A stretch of 60,720 bases of DNA from Gemmatimonadota bacterium (GCA_022566515.1 JADFIT010000004.1:1-60720), one strand, 5' to 3'; counted from the stretch's first letter, positions 27,201-36,686 are shown. The notes: generated by a model from the letters alone, not told the origin. Made by a program: numbers and translations.

Positions 27201-28700
27201 GTGAGCCGGGATCGCGGCCATCACGAGTTCTGGCCAGGACTGCTCGCCCTCGGCGTATTCGCGGTGTCACTGTGGGCCCAGCCCAGCGCTCTCGTCGGAG
27301 TGTTCTACGACGACGGGATCTATGTCGTCCTCGCGAAGGCGCTCGCCGAAGGCGAAGGGTATCGCTATCTGCACCTACCCGGTGCGCCACCCGGGGTGCA
27401 CTACCCCATACTCTACCCGGCCGTACTGAGCCTCCTGTGGCGCATGTGGCCGGCGTTTCCGCAAAATGTTGCGCTGTTCCAACTGTTCGATTCGGCGGCC
27501 CTCGCCGTGGCAGCCGGATTGATCGCGAAGCACGCCCGTCGTTGGGATATTTCTCCCGTCGTACAATACGTATCGCTCCCCCTCGCGTTCGTCGCGTTTC
27601 CCCTTCTTACCATCGTGGGCGTCCGGTTTTCCGAGCCACTGTTTCTGGCGCTGTTGGCGGGCGCCCTGGTCTTGGCCGACCGGGAAGAGGTGAGTGGGGC
27701 GAGGGGTGCCGCCGCCGGCCTGCTCGCGGGACTGGCCGCCCTCACTCGAAGCATCGGTATCGCCGCCGTTGCAAGCATTCCGCTGGCGCTATGGTTGGGC
27801 GGTAAGCGAAAACCGGCAGTGGCGGCGCTCATTGGCTCAGTGGCGCTCCTCGGGCCGTGGGTGATTTGGCTTTTCTTGCACGGCGATGCCGTCGATTCGC
27901 GGATCGCCTCGAATTACGGGACGTATCTGGCTGCGGCCGGCCAAACGGGCCTGCTCGGGATTCTGGCGGGGCTCGACTTCCGGGTGTTCGCGCCATTGGC
28001 CAGGCTCACCCTGCCGGCGGTGCCGCCGGTGATTTGGCTCGCTCTGGCGGGGCTTCTGGCCGCCGCGGTCGTGTGGGGCGCGGTGGTGGTGGCGCCGCGG
28101 GTTCCGGTGTTCGTCACAACGCTGGGGTTGTATCTGGCCATCGTGACGGTCTGGCCCTTTGCCCCGGATCGCTTTGTGTGGATCGTCTTGCCGTGGTTGG
28201 CCATGCTCGCGGTCGTAGGATCGATGGCTGCCTGGCGCAAAGGTTCGTGGACGCGCTGGCCTGTCGTGCTGCTGGCGCTGGCCGTCTTGGTGGGATATCC
28301 GAGGAGGGAGGCCGTGTCCCTTTGGCACAGGCAGTTCGCCGCCACGGCGGAGGGAATCACCGCCCCGTTCAGCGTGTTGGTGCCCGCCATCATTGCGGAG
28401 TTGGAGCCGAGCGCCGTCGTGGCGAGCGAGGACGAAGCGCTCGTCTATTTGTACACCGGCCGCCATTCGGTGCCGAGCTACCTGTTCCGCTGGAGCGGTC
28501 GCTCCACCACGCCCCTCTCCCGCGACAGCACGGTGCAGTTCTACTGTGACACAGGCGTGACCCATCTTGCCCTCTCCGGCCCCGCCGCTCCTGCGGCTCC
28601 CCTCGTCGACGAGCTGACCCAGGATTCGGATTCCACCCTCAGTCTGTTGTTCCGAGTCACCAACGGTCCCGCACTCTACGAATTCCGATGTCCGGACTGA
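27201..28700 (+). CDS. GT-C fold membrane glycosyltransferase (ArnT/PMT-like)
   Basis: FYDDGIY..LAKALAEG.GY, HYPILYP, SEPLF, LTRSIG; many TM helices. Confidence 0.7.
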   Translation: MSRDRGHHEFWPGLLALGVFAVSLWAQPSALVGVFYDDGIYVVLAKALAEGEGYRYLHLPGAPPGVHYPILYPAVLSLLWRMWPAFPQNVALFQLFDSAALAVAAGLIAKHARRWDISPVVQYVSLPLAFVAFPLLTIVGVRFSEPLFLALLAGALVLADREEVSGARGAAAGLLAGLAALTRSIGIAAVASIPLALWLGGKRKPAVAALIGSVALLGPWVIWLFLHGDAVDSRIASNYGTYLAAAGQTGLLGILAGLDFRVFAPLARLTLPAVPPVIWLALAGLLAAAVVWGAVVVAPRVPVFVTTLGLYLAIVTVWPFAPDRFVWIVLPWLAMLAVVGSMAAWRKGSWTRWPVVLLALAVLVGYPRREAVSLWHRQFAATAEGITAPFSVLVPAIIAELEPSAVVASEDEALVYLYTGRHSVPSYLFRWSGRSTTPLSRDSTVQFYCDTGVTHLALSGPAAPAAPLVDELTQDSDSTLSLLFRVTNGPALYEFRCPD

Positions 28701-30544
28701 GCCATCGTCGAGCGGCATTCGTCGCCGGTGTCGTCGCGTGCCTGGTGTTTGCCAATGCTTCGCGCAACGGATGGGCGGTCGACGACATCCCGGTAGTGCG
28801 GGACAACCCTGCGGCGCACTCGATCGGGGCGGCCTTGGATGCCGCCTTTTCCCCCTACCGGCCCGCGACTCTCGACGAGTCCTCGTCGGGTCTCTACCGG
28901 CCGGCTGCAGTCGTCTCGTACGCCGTGGATTGGACGGTGTCCGGCGGGCGACCGTGGTGGTTTCACGTCGTAAACGTGTTGCTGCACGGGCTCGTGACCG
29001 CCTTGGTTGTGGTGGTCGCCGGGGCGTGGCTCCTGCCGGTGGGGGCCTTGGGGGCGGGATTGCTGTTCGCCATACATCCGGTTCATGTCGAGGCCGTGGC
29101 AAACGTCGTGGGCCGGGCCGAGATCCTGGCAGCGTTGGGGTTGCTCACGGCGGTGCTGACGGCGCGCCGTTATCGCCGGGCCGCTCACAGAGGAACGGCT
29201 CGCCTGTGGTTCTTGGCGACGATGGCGGCGGTCGCGTTTGCCCTGCTTTCAAAAGAAAACGCCGTGGTTGCCGTGGTCTTCCTGGCGCTGGACCACTTGC
29301 TGGATGAGGAGCCTTCGCACCGGCCCATGGCAGAGTTGTACATCGCGGTGGTCGGTCTGACGGTGGGGTGGTTCTTCCTGTGGCGCGCCGTCGCCGGTGC
29401 GTACGTCACGGCAACCGTCGCCTTTAACTTCCGTGGCCTCTCGGCTGGCGGACGTATCGCCACGATGTTGCCGGTGCAATTGGACGTCGTCCGTCTGCTG
29501 ACTTGGCCGCTGCAACTCTCCCACGATTACAGCCCTCAGGTCGTTCCCCAGCGCACGGCGTTTGGTGTGCTGGCCCTGCTGGGGTTGATGACGTCGGGGG
29601 CTGTGCTGGTGCTTGGCGCCGCATGCGTGAGGCGGGCGCCGGCTATCGCCTTCGGGATTCTCGCCGCTGTGGCGATATATGCACCCACTTCGAACCTGGT
29701 GTTCGGTTCCGGCATCGCGTTGGCCGAGCGGAATCTGTATTTGGCTGTCCTAGCCCCGGCGCTCGTGGCGGGTTGGTTGACCCTATGTCCTCTATGTCTC
29801 CGGCACAGACCGGTGATGATCTTGGCGGCAGCCGCATTGGCGATGGTGTATGTGGGACGCACCGTAACGCGGACGCCGCTTTGGAGGGACACACAAACAG
29901 TCGTCATCGAGGGAGCGATTCAGCATCCCGAAAGCTACGCCACCCGAATTTGGGTTGGCGGCCTCAGCGCATTGGCGGGCCATTCCGCGAGCGCGCTGGC
30001 GGAATACTTGATAGCAGTCGAGTTGTTCGATCGCGATCCGCTGATCGCCATGGTCAGTGTTCCTCTGGCGCTCGCGATGGGTCGCCACCGGGTTGCCATC
30101 GATGAGGCACGACGGGCCTACGATCTAGACCCGGACCATCCGGCGTTCGTCGGCCTGCTGATTGACACCTACAGAGCGAGGGGCGACAGCGACTCCGCAA
30201 AGGCCGTGGCGCGCACCATGATAGCGGCGGCACCGCGGTCGCGTAGCCACGCGCAGATCTATTTGAATTTTCTCGAGGCCTACGGTGCCCCGGCATGGCA
30301 GGTGAGTTTGGCGCAATTGCGTCTCGACTGGCTCAACTTCCGGCTCCAGGCGGCGTCGCGCAGCATCGACTCGCTGCCCAACGTGATGGCGAGCCAAGTC
30401 CTGGATCAGGAATGGTGTCTCGAGTTGGAGACCTTGTGGCCCGGTATCCGCGCGCTGCGCCCATCCGTGGCCGACAGCTTGGCAGAATTAGTCGAATCGG
30501 CCCGCCTCCAGTGCGACCTGCCGGGAGATCCCGTCGATGGCTGA
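28688..30544 (+). CDS. TMTC-like GT-C membrane glycosyltransferase with TPR-like C-terminus (copy 2)
   Basis: NGWAVDD, LYRP, FHVVNVLLH, LFAIHPVHVEAVANVVGRAE, SKE, LSHDYS, AERNLYL. Confidence 0.82.
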   Translation: MSGLSHRRAAFVAGVVACLVFANASRNGWAVDDIPVVRDNPAAHSIGAALDAAFSPYRPATLDESSSGLYRPAAVVSYAVDWTVSGGRPWWFHVVNVLLHGLVTALVVVVAGAWLLPVGALGAGLLFAIHPVHVEAVANVVGRAEILAALGLLTAVLTARRYRRAAHRGTARLWFLATMAAVAFALLSKENAVVAVVFLALDHLLDEEPSHRPMAELYIAVVGLTVGWFFLWRAVAGAYVTATVAFNFRGLSAGGRIATMLPVQLDVVRLLTWPLQLSHDYSPQVVPQRTAFGVLALLGLMTSGAVLVLGAACVRRAPAIAFGILAAVAIYAPTSNLVFGSGIALAERNLYLAVLAPALVAGWLTLCPLCLRHRPVMILAAAALAMVYVGRTVTRTPLWRDTQTVVIEGAIQHPESYATRIWVGGLSALAGHSASALAEYLIAVELFDRDPLIAMVSVPLALAMGRHRVAIDEARRAYDLDPDHPAFVGLLIDTYRARGDSDSAKAVARTMIAAAPRSRSHAQIYLNFLEAYGAPAWQVSLAQLRLDWLNFRLQAASRSIDSLPNVMASQVLDQEWCLELETLWPGIRALRPSVADSLAELVESARLQCDLPGDPVDG

Positions 30545-30635
30545 GGGGTCCCCATGGACCAGCACCCGACAGGCTTAGAGATTAGATAACCTCCGAACGA
30601 AAGCCGAAGCTATGGCTGTGGCCGGCAGGGGTGGT

Positions 30636-30667
30636 ATTGCGAGTGTCCGCACGCCTTGCAAAATGAG
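30636..30667 (+). promoter_or_regulatory. Candidate PilR enhancer (UAS) upstream of pilin 1
   Basis: ATTGCG-N14-TTGCAAAATGAG, shared with the pilin 2 upstream region at nearly the same spacing. Confidence 0.55.
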
Positions 30668-30758
30668 TGCCGAGGATCACCTGGCGAGGGCGACTCCGCT
30701 CCGTTTGGCGCAGGCTAACCCTTTGTGGTAAAAGCGATTGCGGGGTTTTTGCTCAGCC

Positions 30759-30774
30759 GGGCACGGAGATTGCA
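30759..30774 (+). promoter_or_regulatory. Sigma54 (-24/-12) promoter of pilin 1
   Basis: GGGCACG-GAGA-TTGCA with exact GG-N10-GC spacing. Confidence 0.8.
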
Positions 30775-30853
30775 ATTGGGTCATTCACCGTTTCTGTTTT
30801 GAGCTAGCAGATAGTTTGGTTTTCGAGGTCTTGCCCCCTAAGGAGGAAGTTTC

Positions 30854-31231
30854 ATGTTGAATCGTAAGGGTTTCACCCTGATCGAGCTGCTGATCGTCGT
30901 GGTGATCATCGGTATTCTGGCCGCCATCGCGATCCCGAAGTTCTCCAACACCAAAGAGAAGGCCTATATCGCGGCCATGAAGTCGGATCTTCGCAATCTG
31001 GTAACCGCGCAGGAATCGTATTTCGCCGACACAGACCTGTATGGTGCTGTGGCTAACTTGGCGACCTACTACAATGCCTCTGCCGGTGTAACGGTTGTGG
31101 CGACCCCGACTGCGGGAATCTCCCACAGGGCTACCGCGACCCACAGCGGCACCATTCAGACGTGCGCCATCTACATCAACGAAGCCTTCGCAGCTCCTGC
31201 GACGTCCGAAGGCGCACCTGGCTGCGCGTAA
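30854..31231 (+). CDS. pilA: Type IVa major pilin
   Basis: Class III signal MLNRKG|FTLIELL, C-terminal Cys pair, strong RBS AGGAGG, own promoter and terminator. Confidence 0.93.
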   Translation: MLNRKGFTLIELLIVVVIIGILAAIAIPKFSNTKEKAYIAAMKSDLRNLVTAQESYFADTDLYGAVANLATYYNASAGVTVVATPTAGISHRATATHSGTIQTCAIYINEAFAAPATSEGAPGCA

Positions 31232-31263
31232 TGGCTGACTAGGAGGAGAGGAGTTGGTTCTTG

Positions 31264-31300
31264 GAGGCGGTGCGGGTTCAAATCTGCACCGCCTCTTTCT
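31264..31300 (+). terminator. Intrinsic terminator after pilin 1
   Basis: GAGGCGGTGC..GCACCGCCTC stem followed by TTTCT. Confidence 0.75.
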
Positions 31301-31400
31301 CCTCATTCCAGAGTCTCTATGTCGCCTGCCGCGATGGACTCGCAGCACTTTGGCAAATTCTCCGTTTCAACCTCTTCCCCCCTAGCCGCAAGCGCACCCC

Positions 31401-33374
31401 GTGAGTGAAGCCTTCGCGTCAATTCTCTGGCGCGTTATCGGTCTCGCCGTAATCCTTTTTTCCATCTTGCCAATAGCCGGATGGGTCGGGGCCCCAGACT
31501 CGGGACCGATCTGGCGGCCGAACATGAGCGCGTGGCTCATTGGGTGTTTCGTGGTTGCCGTGGTCGGGTGTTTGGCTGGGCGCTTGGGTGGAAAGGTCCG
31601 GGTCGAGGCGCCGCGGATTCCCGACTCGGTCTACAAGTTGGCTCCCCCCCTACTCGCTGTAGTGCTCGCTGGTTTGTCCGCTCTTGCGATGCAAGACGCC
31701 TTCGCGGGCAACCCGCACCTCATAGACGAAATGGCCCAGCTCTTTCAAGGCAAAGTGTTCGCCAGCGGCCGGCTCGCCGCACCAGTTCCAAGCCCGCCGG
31801 ACTTCTTTTTGATTACGCAAACTTTTGTGGTGGGCGATGGCTGGGTTTCGCAGTATCCACCGGGTCAGGCTCTACTATTTGCACTTGGGTTCAACCTGCA
31901 CGCAGAGTGGCTGGTGAATCCACTGCTGGGTGGTGTGGGGGTGTTGCTGGTCTTCTCCATCGCCAGTGGCCTTTATGACCGTACCACCGGTCTCGTCGCT
32001 GCTCTGCTTTGGGCGGGTTCTTCTTGGGTGCTGTTCATGTCAGCCACGTACATGAATCACGTGGGTGCCACGACATTCGCACTGGCCGCATGGGCCTCTA
32101 TATGGTGCCCGAAAGAACTCAAACGATGGCACCTTGTGGGGGCCGGATTCTTTCTTGCTGCCGCAGCAGCAACAAGGCCGCTGGACGCAGTTGCCGCTTC
32201 TCTGCCCATCTGTGTGTGGCTGCTGACTCGGCGCCGTATGACTGCGATCGGCTGGGTAGCAGTCGGCACGGTGCCCGTGATGGCGGCCTGGGGTTTCATG
32301 AATTGGAAACTCTTCGGCAACCCGGCCACCATGGGATACTCCGCCCTGTACGGCTCGGAGTTGAGCCTGGGATTTCACACCGATCCCTGGGGACGGGAAT
32401 ACACACCGCTGGTGGCATTGAGCAACATGGCAGTAGCCGTGCGACGACTCAGCATTCACCTCTTCGAGTGGCCGATTCCCGCCCTGCTGCCGGTCGCGGC
32501 ATGGGGTCTGCTCGCGTCCAAGAAAAGGCAGGGCGACTTGGTGCTGGCCTTGGGGGTCATGGCCGGCCCGGCGCTGTATTTCTTTTACTGGCATTCGGGT
32601 TTTTATCCCGGCCCTCGCTTCTACTACATCTCCGCGCCTTTTCTGGTCATGGCGACGGCGCGGGCCTGGGCCTGGGCCTGGGGGCATTGGGGTGGGAGCA
32701 GGCGCTTCGGATTGCGATGGGATGTCTCCCTCACCGCCATGGCCGCCGTGGTGTTGTTGTGGGGTTGGGTGAGCCTCTCTCCAGGGCGTTGGGACTTTTA
32801 CAAGTCGCAACTGGTCTCACTCAAGCTCCACCCCGAGCGCCAGCTGAAAGAACAGAGTGTTAGCCAGGCCCTGGTATTGGTTCCGGAAAGCTGGGGAAGC
32901 CGAATAGTCACCAGTCTATGGGGCCTTGGGGCCTCACCCCCGCTGGTAGAAAGGGCGTACAACAGGATCGACGCATGCGATCTTCACACGTTCGTGCAAC
33001 GGGCACGTCAATCGGGGATCGTCGGTCCGGCGCTTTCAGATAGTCTGCGTGAGCTTTTGGCGGCGAGTGATCTTCAAGCCAGCCCTCTGATGGACTGGCC
33101 GGATCCCTCCCTCCGTTTGCGCCAGCGCGCTACGATGCCGGAAAGCTGTAAGATCGAGCTGGAAAGGGACCTTCAGGGATTTACCTTGTACGGTCACCTG
33201 GGCTGGCGGAACCGCATCGGGCTGGATTCGGGACTCGTCTTCGCCCGGGACCTCTATGAGAGAAACACCGAACTCCTGGCCCGGTACGAAGGGTGGCAGG
33301 TCTGGCGCTATGCCCCTCCGCTTGACGATCCGGAGGGAACCCCGGTACTCACCCTAATTAGGGATCGGAGCTGA
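31401..33374 (+). CDS. GT-C fold membrane glycosyltransferase (ArnT/PMT-like) between the two pilins
   Basis: HLIDEMAQLFQ, SQYPPG, MSATYMNH, TRPLD, GPRFY; more than 10 TM helices. Confidence 0.7.
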   Translation: MSEAFASILWRVIGLAVILFSILPIAGWVGAPDSGPIWRPNMSAWLIGCFVVAVVGCLAGRLGGKVRVEAPRIPDSVYKLAPPLLAVVLAGLSALAMQDAFAGNPHLIDEMAQLFQGKVFASGRLAAPVPSPPDFFLITQTFVVGDGWVSQYPPGQALLFALGFNLHAEWLVNPLLGGVGVLLVFSIASGLYDRTTGLVAALLWAGSSWVLFMSATYMNHVGATTFALAAWASIWCPKELKRWHLVGAGFFLAAAAATRPLDAVAASLPICVWLLTRRRMTAIGWVAVGTVPVMAAWGFMNWKLFGNPATMGYSALYGSELSLGFHTDPWGREYTPLVALSNMAVAVRRLSIHLFEWPIPALLPVAAWGLLASKKRQGDLVLALGVMAGPALYFFYWHSGFYPGPRFYYISAPFLVMATARAWAWAWGHWGGSRRFGLRWDVSLTAMAAVVLLWGWVSLSPGRWDFYKSQLVSLKLHPERQLKEQSVSQALVLVPESWGSRIVTSLWGLGASPPLVERAYNRIDACDLHTFVQRARQSGIVGPALSDSLRELLAASDLQASPLMDWPDPSLRLRQRATMPESCKIELERDLQGFTLYGHLGWRNRIGLDSGLVFARDLYERNTELLARYEGWQVWRYAPPLDDPEGTPVLTLIRDRS

Positions 33375-33390
33375 GAATCCTGAATTGGGG

Positions 33391-33422
33391 ATTGCGTCCA
33401 GCGGAATCATTTGCAAGATGAG
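33391..33422 (+). promoter_or_regulatory. Candidate PilR enhancer (UAS) upstream of pilin 2
   Basis: ATTGCG-N14-TTGCAAGATGAG. Confidence 0.55.
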
Positions 33423-33512
33423 CGTTTCTGAACTGCCACAGGAGTTTGGTTTTGCTGTGGCTGATGTCTGTAAATTGGTGCTATATATATGTTTATATTG
33501 TTTTGAGCACAC

Positions 33513-33527
33513 GGGCACGGAGTTTGC
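33513..33527 (+). promoter_or_regulatory. Sigma54 (-24/-12) promoter of pilin 2
   Basis: GGGCACG-GAGT-TTGC with exact GG-N10-GC spacing; one mismatch to the pilin 1 promoter core. Confidence 0.8.
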
Positions 33528-33695
33528 GGAATTGTCACCACGTTATCAAACTGCATGAAGCAACGTCAGGTGTAAGCATGTCGTGGCGAGGCCGGTTCTG
33601 CAACGTAGCCTAGCAGGCAGCTCTTCTGGCCCCGGGCGAGCGACATTGCTATTTTGGATCACCTGCTGATCGGCTAGACACTGGCTGGGGGTGCT

Positions 33696-34085
33696 ATGCA
33701 CACCGATGACCGAGGCTTTACACTCATCGAAGTGCTCATCGTGACGGTGATCATTGGGATTCTGGCGGCGGTCGCGATCCCAAAATTGGCCAAGAGCAAA
33801 GAAAAGGCTCACCTTGCGGCGATGACGTCGGATTTGCGGAATCTGGCTACTGCGCAGGAGGCCTACCACTACGATCAGGCCACCTACTATGACGGCGCCG
33901 TGCCCTCCGCCAAGCTCGCCTACGGTGTCTCGTCAGGGGTCTCAGTGACGCTTTCCAGCGTGACGGGCGCCGGCTGGGCGGCGGTGACCAAGCACACCAA
34001 TACCCTCAAGACCTGTGCCATTTTTATGGGTGGTGCTGCGCCGCCGCCGCCTGCGGTTACAGACGCGCAAGTGAGGTGCTCGTGA
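33696..34085 (+). CDS. Second type IVa pilin (paralogue of pilin 1)
   Basis: RG|FTLIEVL, SDLRNL.TAQE.Y, TCAI..C-terminal Cys. Confidence 0.92.
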   Translation: MHTDDRGFTLIEVLIVTVIIGILAAVAIPKLAKSKEKAHLAAMTSDLRNLATAQEAYHYDQATYYDGAVPSAKLAYGVSSGVSVTLSSVTGAGWAAVTKHTNTLKTCAIFMGGAAPPPPAVTDAQVRCS

Positions 34086-34293
34086 ATGTTGGTGGGTGGA
34101 GCATGCTTCCCAGGTAGATCTGCCCGTCGCTGCCATATTTCCGATCCTTCCCACACGGCCCTGCCGAGCCGTCTCGGCAGCCCTCCACACAGCGGATTGA
34201 CCACCGAAATGAATCGCCACTAGCCGCGTTGCCAGGGTGACGGCGGCCCCGCCGGAGTCTCATACGTTGCCCTAAGCGACGTATCGGAGGGCT

Positions 34294-34653
34294 ATGGCCG
34301 GGTCGGAAAAAACCGGGAGGTGCGGTTTCACGGTTGTCGAGACGATGGTGGCGGTGACGCTGCTGGCAGTCGGCGTGCTGGCGCTGGCCTCGACGTTGGC
34401 GTTCATCACGCGCATGATCGGCGAGGGTGCCAAGTATGGTATGGTGGCGGCGGTCGGGAGGGGAACTCTGGAATCGCTGTTGCCCATCGCCTGCGACGGC
34501 GGGGCCCACGGCGACACTGCAATCGGCGCGCTCGTGGTGGTGTGGACGGTGAATCGTGTCGCCGGCATGTCTGAGCTGAGGGTGTCGGTTGCGGCACCAG
34601 CCGCGACCTCCCGCATAGACAGCTTCGCCACCGCCCGTGCGTGCGCCAGGTGA
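34294..34653 (+). CDS. Minor pilin, PilV-like
   Basis: G|FTVVETMVAVTLLAVGVLALA. Confidence 0.75.
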   Translation: MAGSEKTGRCGFTVVETMVAVTLLAVGVLALASTLAFITRMIGEGAKYGMVAAVGRGTLESLLPIACDGGAHGDTAIGALVVVWTVNRVAGMSELRVSVAAPAATSRIDSFATARACAR

Positions 34654-35504
34654 GGCGCTGCGGTTTTACGCTGACGGAGCTTCTGGTTGCCCTCGTTCTA
34701 GGGGCGGCGGTTGCGGCAGCGGCCCTGAGTGTCTTGGTGGTGAGTCAGCGGGTGTACGGTCGTCAGGTGAGTCTGGCGGACGCCAGTGCCACCGCCAGGG
34801 CGGCCACGGCGATCTTGATCTCTGAGCTTCGCGGCCTCGACGCGTCGGCTGCGTCGGGGAGCGACCTGCTTCGCGTCACCCCCGCCTCGCTGACCTACCG
34901 AGCCCTACGCAGCCTATACACAACGTGCAAGGTAGCGGACCTCGCTCGGTCGACCATCGTGCTCCATGCAGACTTCTTGGGAGTCCGGCCGTTGGACCCG
35001 GGAGTTGATTCGTTGCTCCTCTTTGCCGACGGCGATCCCACGGTGTCGGAGGACGATCGCTGGATCCACGCCGATATCCGGGAGATCATCCCGGGCCCGA
35101 TCTGTCCGGACGGTCGTCCCGGGATCACCGTGCATCTCGCGGGCGTATCAAAGCGGAATCTGGAGAGAGTGGGCATCGGGGCTCCCGTCCGAGGAGCGGC
35201 CCTCTGGGAGATGAAGGGCTACCGGGCCGCCAACGGGCAGTGGTGGGTGGGCATGCGTCGCTATCGCAAATCTACGGGTCGCTGGCCTTCCATCCAGCCG
35301 GTTCTCGGACCTATCGCGCCGGGCGGCCTGCGGTTTGGGTACTACGACGCCAGCGGGGTTCCCACGCAAGTGGCCAGCCGGATTGCCAGCATAGTTCTCG
35401 AGCTGGCCACGCCCGGGGGCGACGGGTCGGCTCCCCATTGGGCCGTCGCCCCCGAGAGATCTCTGACGCTCCGTGTGGCCTTGCGGAGTTCCCTCCCCCG
35501 CTAA
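34641..35504 (+). CDS. Minor pilin, PilW-like
   Basis: G|FTLTELLVAL, ISELR, GLRFGYYD, C-terminal VALR. Confidence 0.75.
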   Translation: MRQVRRCGFTLTELLVALVLGAAVAAAALSVLVVSQRVYGRQVSLADASATARAATAILISELRGLDASAASGSDLLRVTPASLTYRALRSLYTTCKVADLARSTIVLHADFLGVRPLDPGVDSLLLFADGDPTVSEDDRWIHADIREIIPGPICPDGRPGITVHLAGVSKRNLERVGIGAPVRGAALWEMKGYRAANGQWWVGMRRYRKSTGRWPSIQPVLGPIAPGGLRFGYYDASGVPTQVASRIASIVLELATPGGDGSAPHWAVAPERSLTLRVALRSSLPR

Positions 35505-36559
35505 TGCCTGGTGCCTCTGGGGCCCCGTTGGGGCACTCACGGGACCCGCGTTGCGAGGGGCTTGCACTGCCCATGGTGGTCTTCGTGCTGATGGTGCTGG
35601 GAGGCCTGGTGGCCGCTGCGTTTTATCTGGGTGTGGCGGAGCGTCGAGCCGGCCTGGCAACATTGGCGCTGCAAGAGGCATTGGGGACGGCCGAGACTGG
35701 AGTTCTGGAGCAGCTGGCCGGATGGGACGTGGTGCGGTACAACTCCATGCCCGTTGGGAGTTCGGTTGGCGACACTGTCAGGAGGCCGTCCGGCGAGGTC
35801 GAGGTTACCACTCGGGTCGAGCGTCTGAGCGAGGCCCTTTTCCTCCTCGCGTCTACCGGATGGAGCGGGAGCGGTGCAACGGTGCAGGTAGGGCTTTTGG
35901 TCCGCCTCCAGCCGCCTCCCATGGCCCCGTCTGCGCCGCTCATGGCCAGCGGCCCGGTGTCGGTCGGACCTCTGGCCGAGGTGTGGTGGTCTCAGGCCGA
36001 CTGGACCAAAGGGGGGTGTACGTCACGGCGCTGGTCAGGGGCCGGCACCAAATTCGGCGGTGGCAATCAGCCGACCGGCGACCTCGAGGACTTCGCTCAA
36101 TGGGCCAGGCGAGCCACCAAGGTGGTGACGCCCGGGCGCTATGCGAGCATAGGACCGGCCGGCGGCAAGGCTGGTTGTACTACCGAAGCCCCAGAGAATT
36201 GGGGCGATCCAACCGGTGTGTCTGCCTGCCGGGACTACCGGCCGGTCGTTCTCGTGCCTGGCGACTTGACGGTGGTGGGTGGCTTTGGACAGGGTGTGCT
36301 TCTCGTCGAGGGGGATCTGACTGTGCGTGGCAGCTTCGCGTTCGAGGGGCTCGTCCTGGTTGGCGGGAGCTTTCGTTCTACCGGTGGGGCCGGCCGGATC
36401 GTCGGGTCCGTTCAGGCGGGCCTCCTCGGCGAGGGAGGCATTTGGCTTGGTGGCAGGGCGAGGGTGGTGCACTCCCGATGCACTCTGGACCGGGCTGCGC
36501 TGGCTGCAGGCCGGGCGGTTCCTCTCGGCTCACGCAGTTGGCTGTACGGGATCAAGTGA
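35504..36559 (+). CDS. Minor pilin, PilX-like
   Basis: G|LALPMVVFVLMVL (no Glu5), AETG, GQGVLLVEGDL..F.GLVLVGG. ATG overlaps the previous TAA. Confidence 0.7.
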   Translation: MPGASGAPLGHSRDPRCEGLALPMVVFVLMVLGGLVAAAFYLGVAERRAGLATLALQEALGTAETGVLEQLAGWDVVRYNSMPVGSSVGDTVRRPSGEVEVTTRVERLSEALFLLASTGWSGSGATVQVGLLVRLQPPPMAPSAPLMASGPVSVGPLAEVWWSQADWTKGGCTSRRWSGAGTKFGGGNQPTGDLEDFAQWARRATKVVTPGRYASIGPAGGKAGCTTEAPENWGDPTGVSACRDYRPVVLVPGDLTVVGGFGQGVLLVEGDLTVRGSFAFEGLVLVGGSFRSTGGAGRIVGSVQAGLLGEGGIWLGGRARVVHSRCTLDRAALAAGRAVPLGSRSWLYGIK

Positions 36560-36613
36560 CGTAAGTCACTGCCCAAAAGGCACTTGTGGCGACGGTTTAA
36601 AGTATCTTGGAGC

Positions 36614-36642
36614 TTGACAAAAAATCCGGGTCCTAATACTGT
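36614..36642 (+). promoter_or_regulatory. Putative sigma70 promoter for pilMNOPQ
   Basis: TTGACA-N17-TACTGT. Confidence 0.5.
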
Positions 36643-36686
36643 AGGAGCCCCGCACCGCCACTTATCTCCTTACGCTGTGGGAACAT

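Noticed and set aside
30872-31042. Pilin 1 shares F1, F24, Y32, F51 and Y57 with Geobacter PilA (possible conductive pilus)
   Set aside because: Y27 is absent, F/Y content is only 10 of 119 residues, it is a full-length pilin, no multiheme cytochromes are nearby, and the e-pilus model is contested.
31270-31290. GGTTCAAATC resembling a tRNA T-loop or att site
   Set aside because: It is the loop of the pilin terminator; no cloverleaf, anticodon arm or CCA can be built.
33555-33575. Tiny ORF MKQRQV in the pilin 2 leader
   Set aside because: No RBS and no prepilin continuation; not distinguishable from chance.
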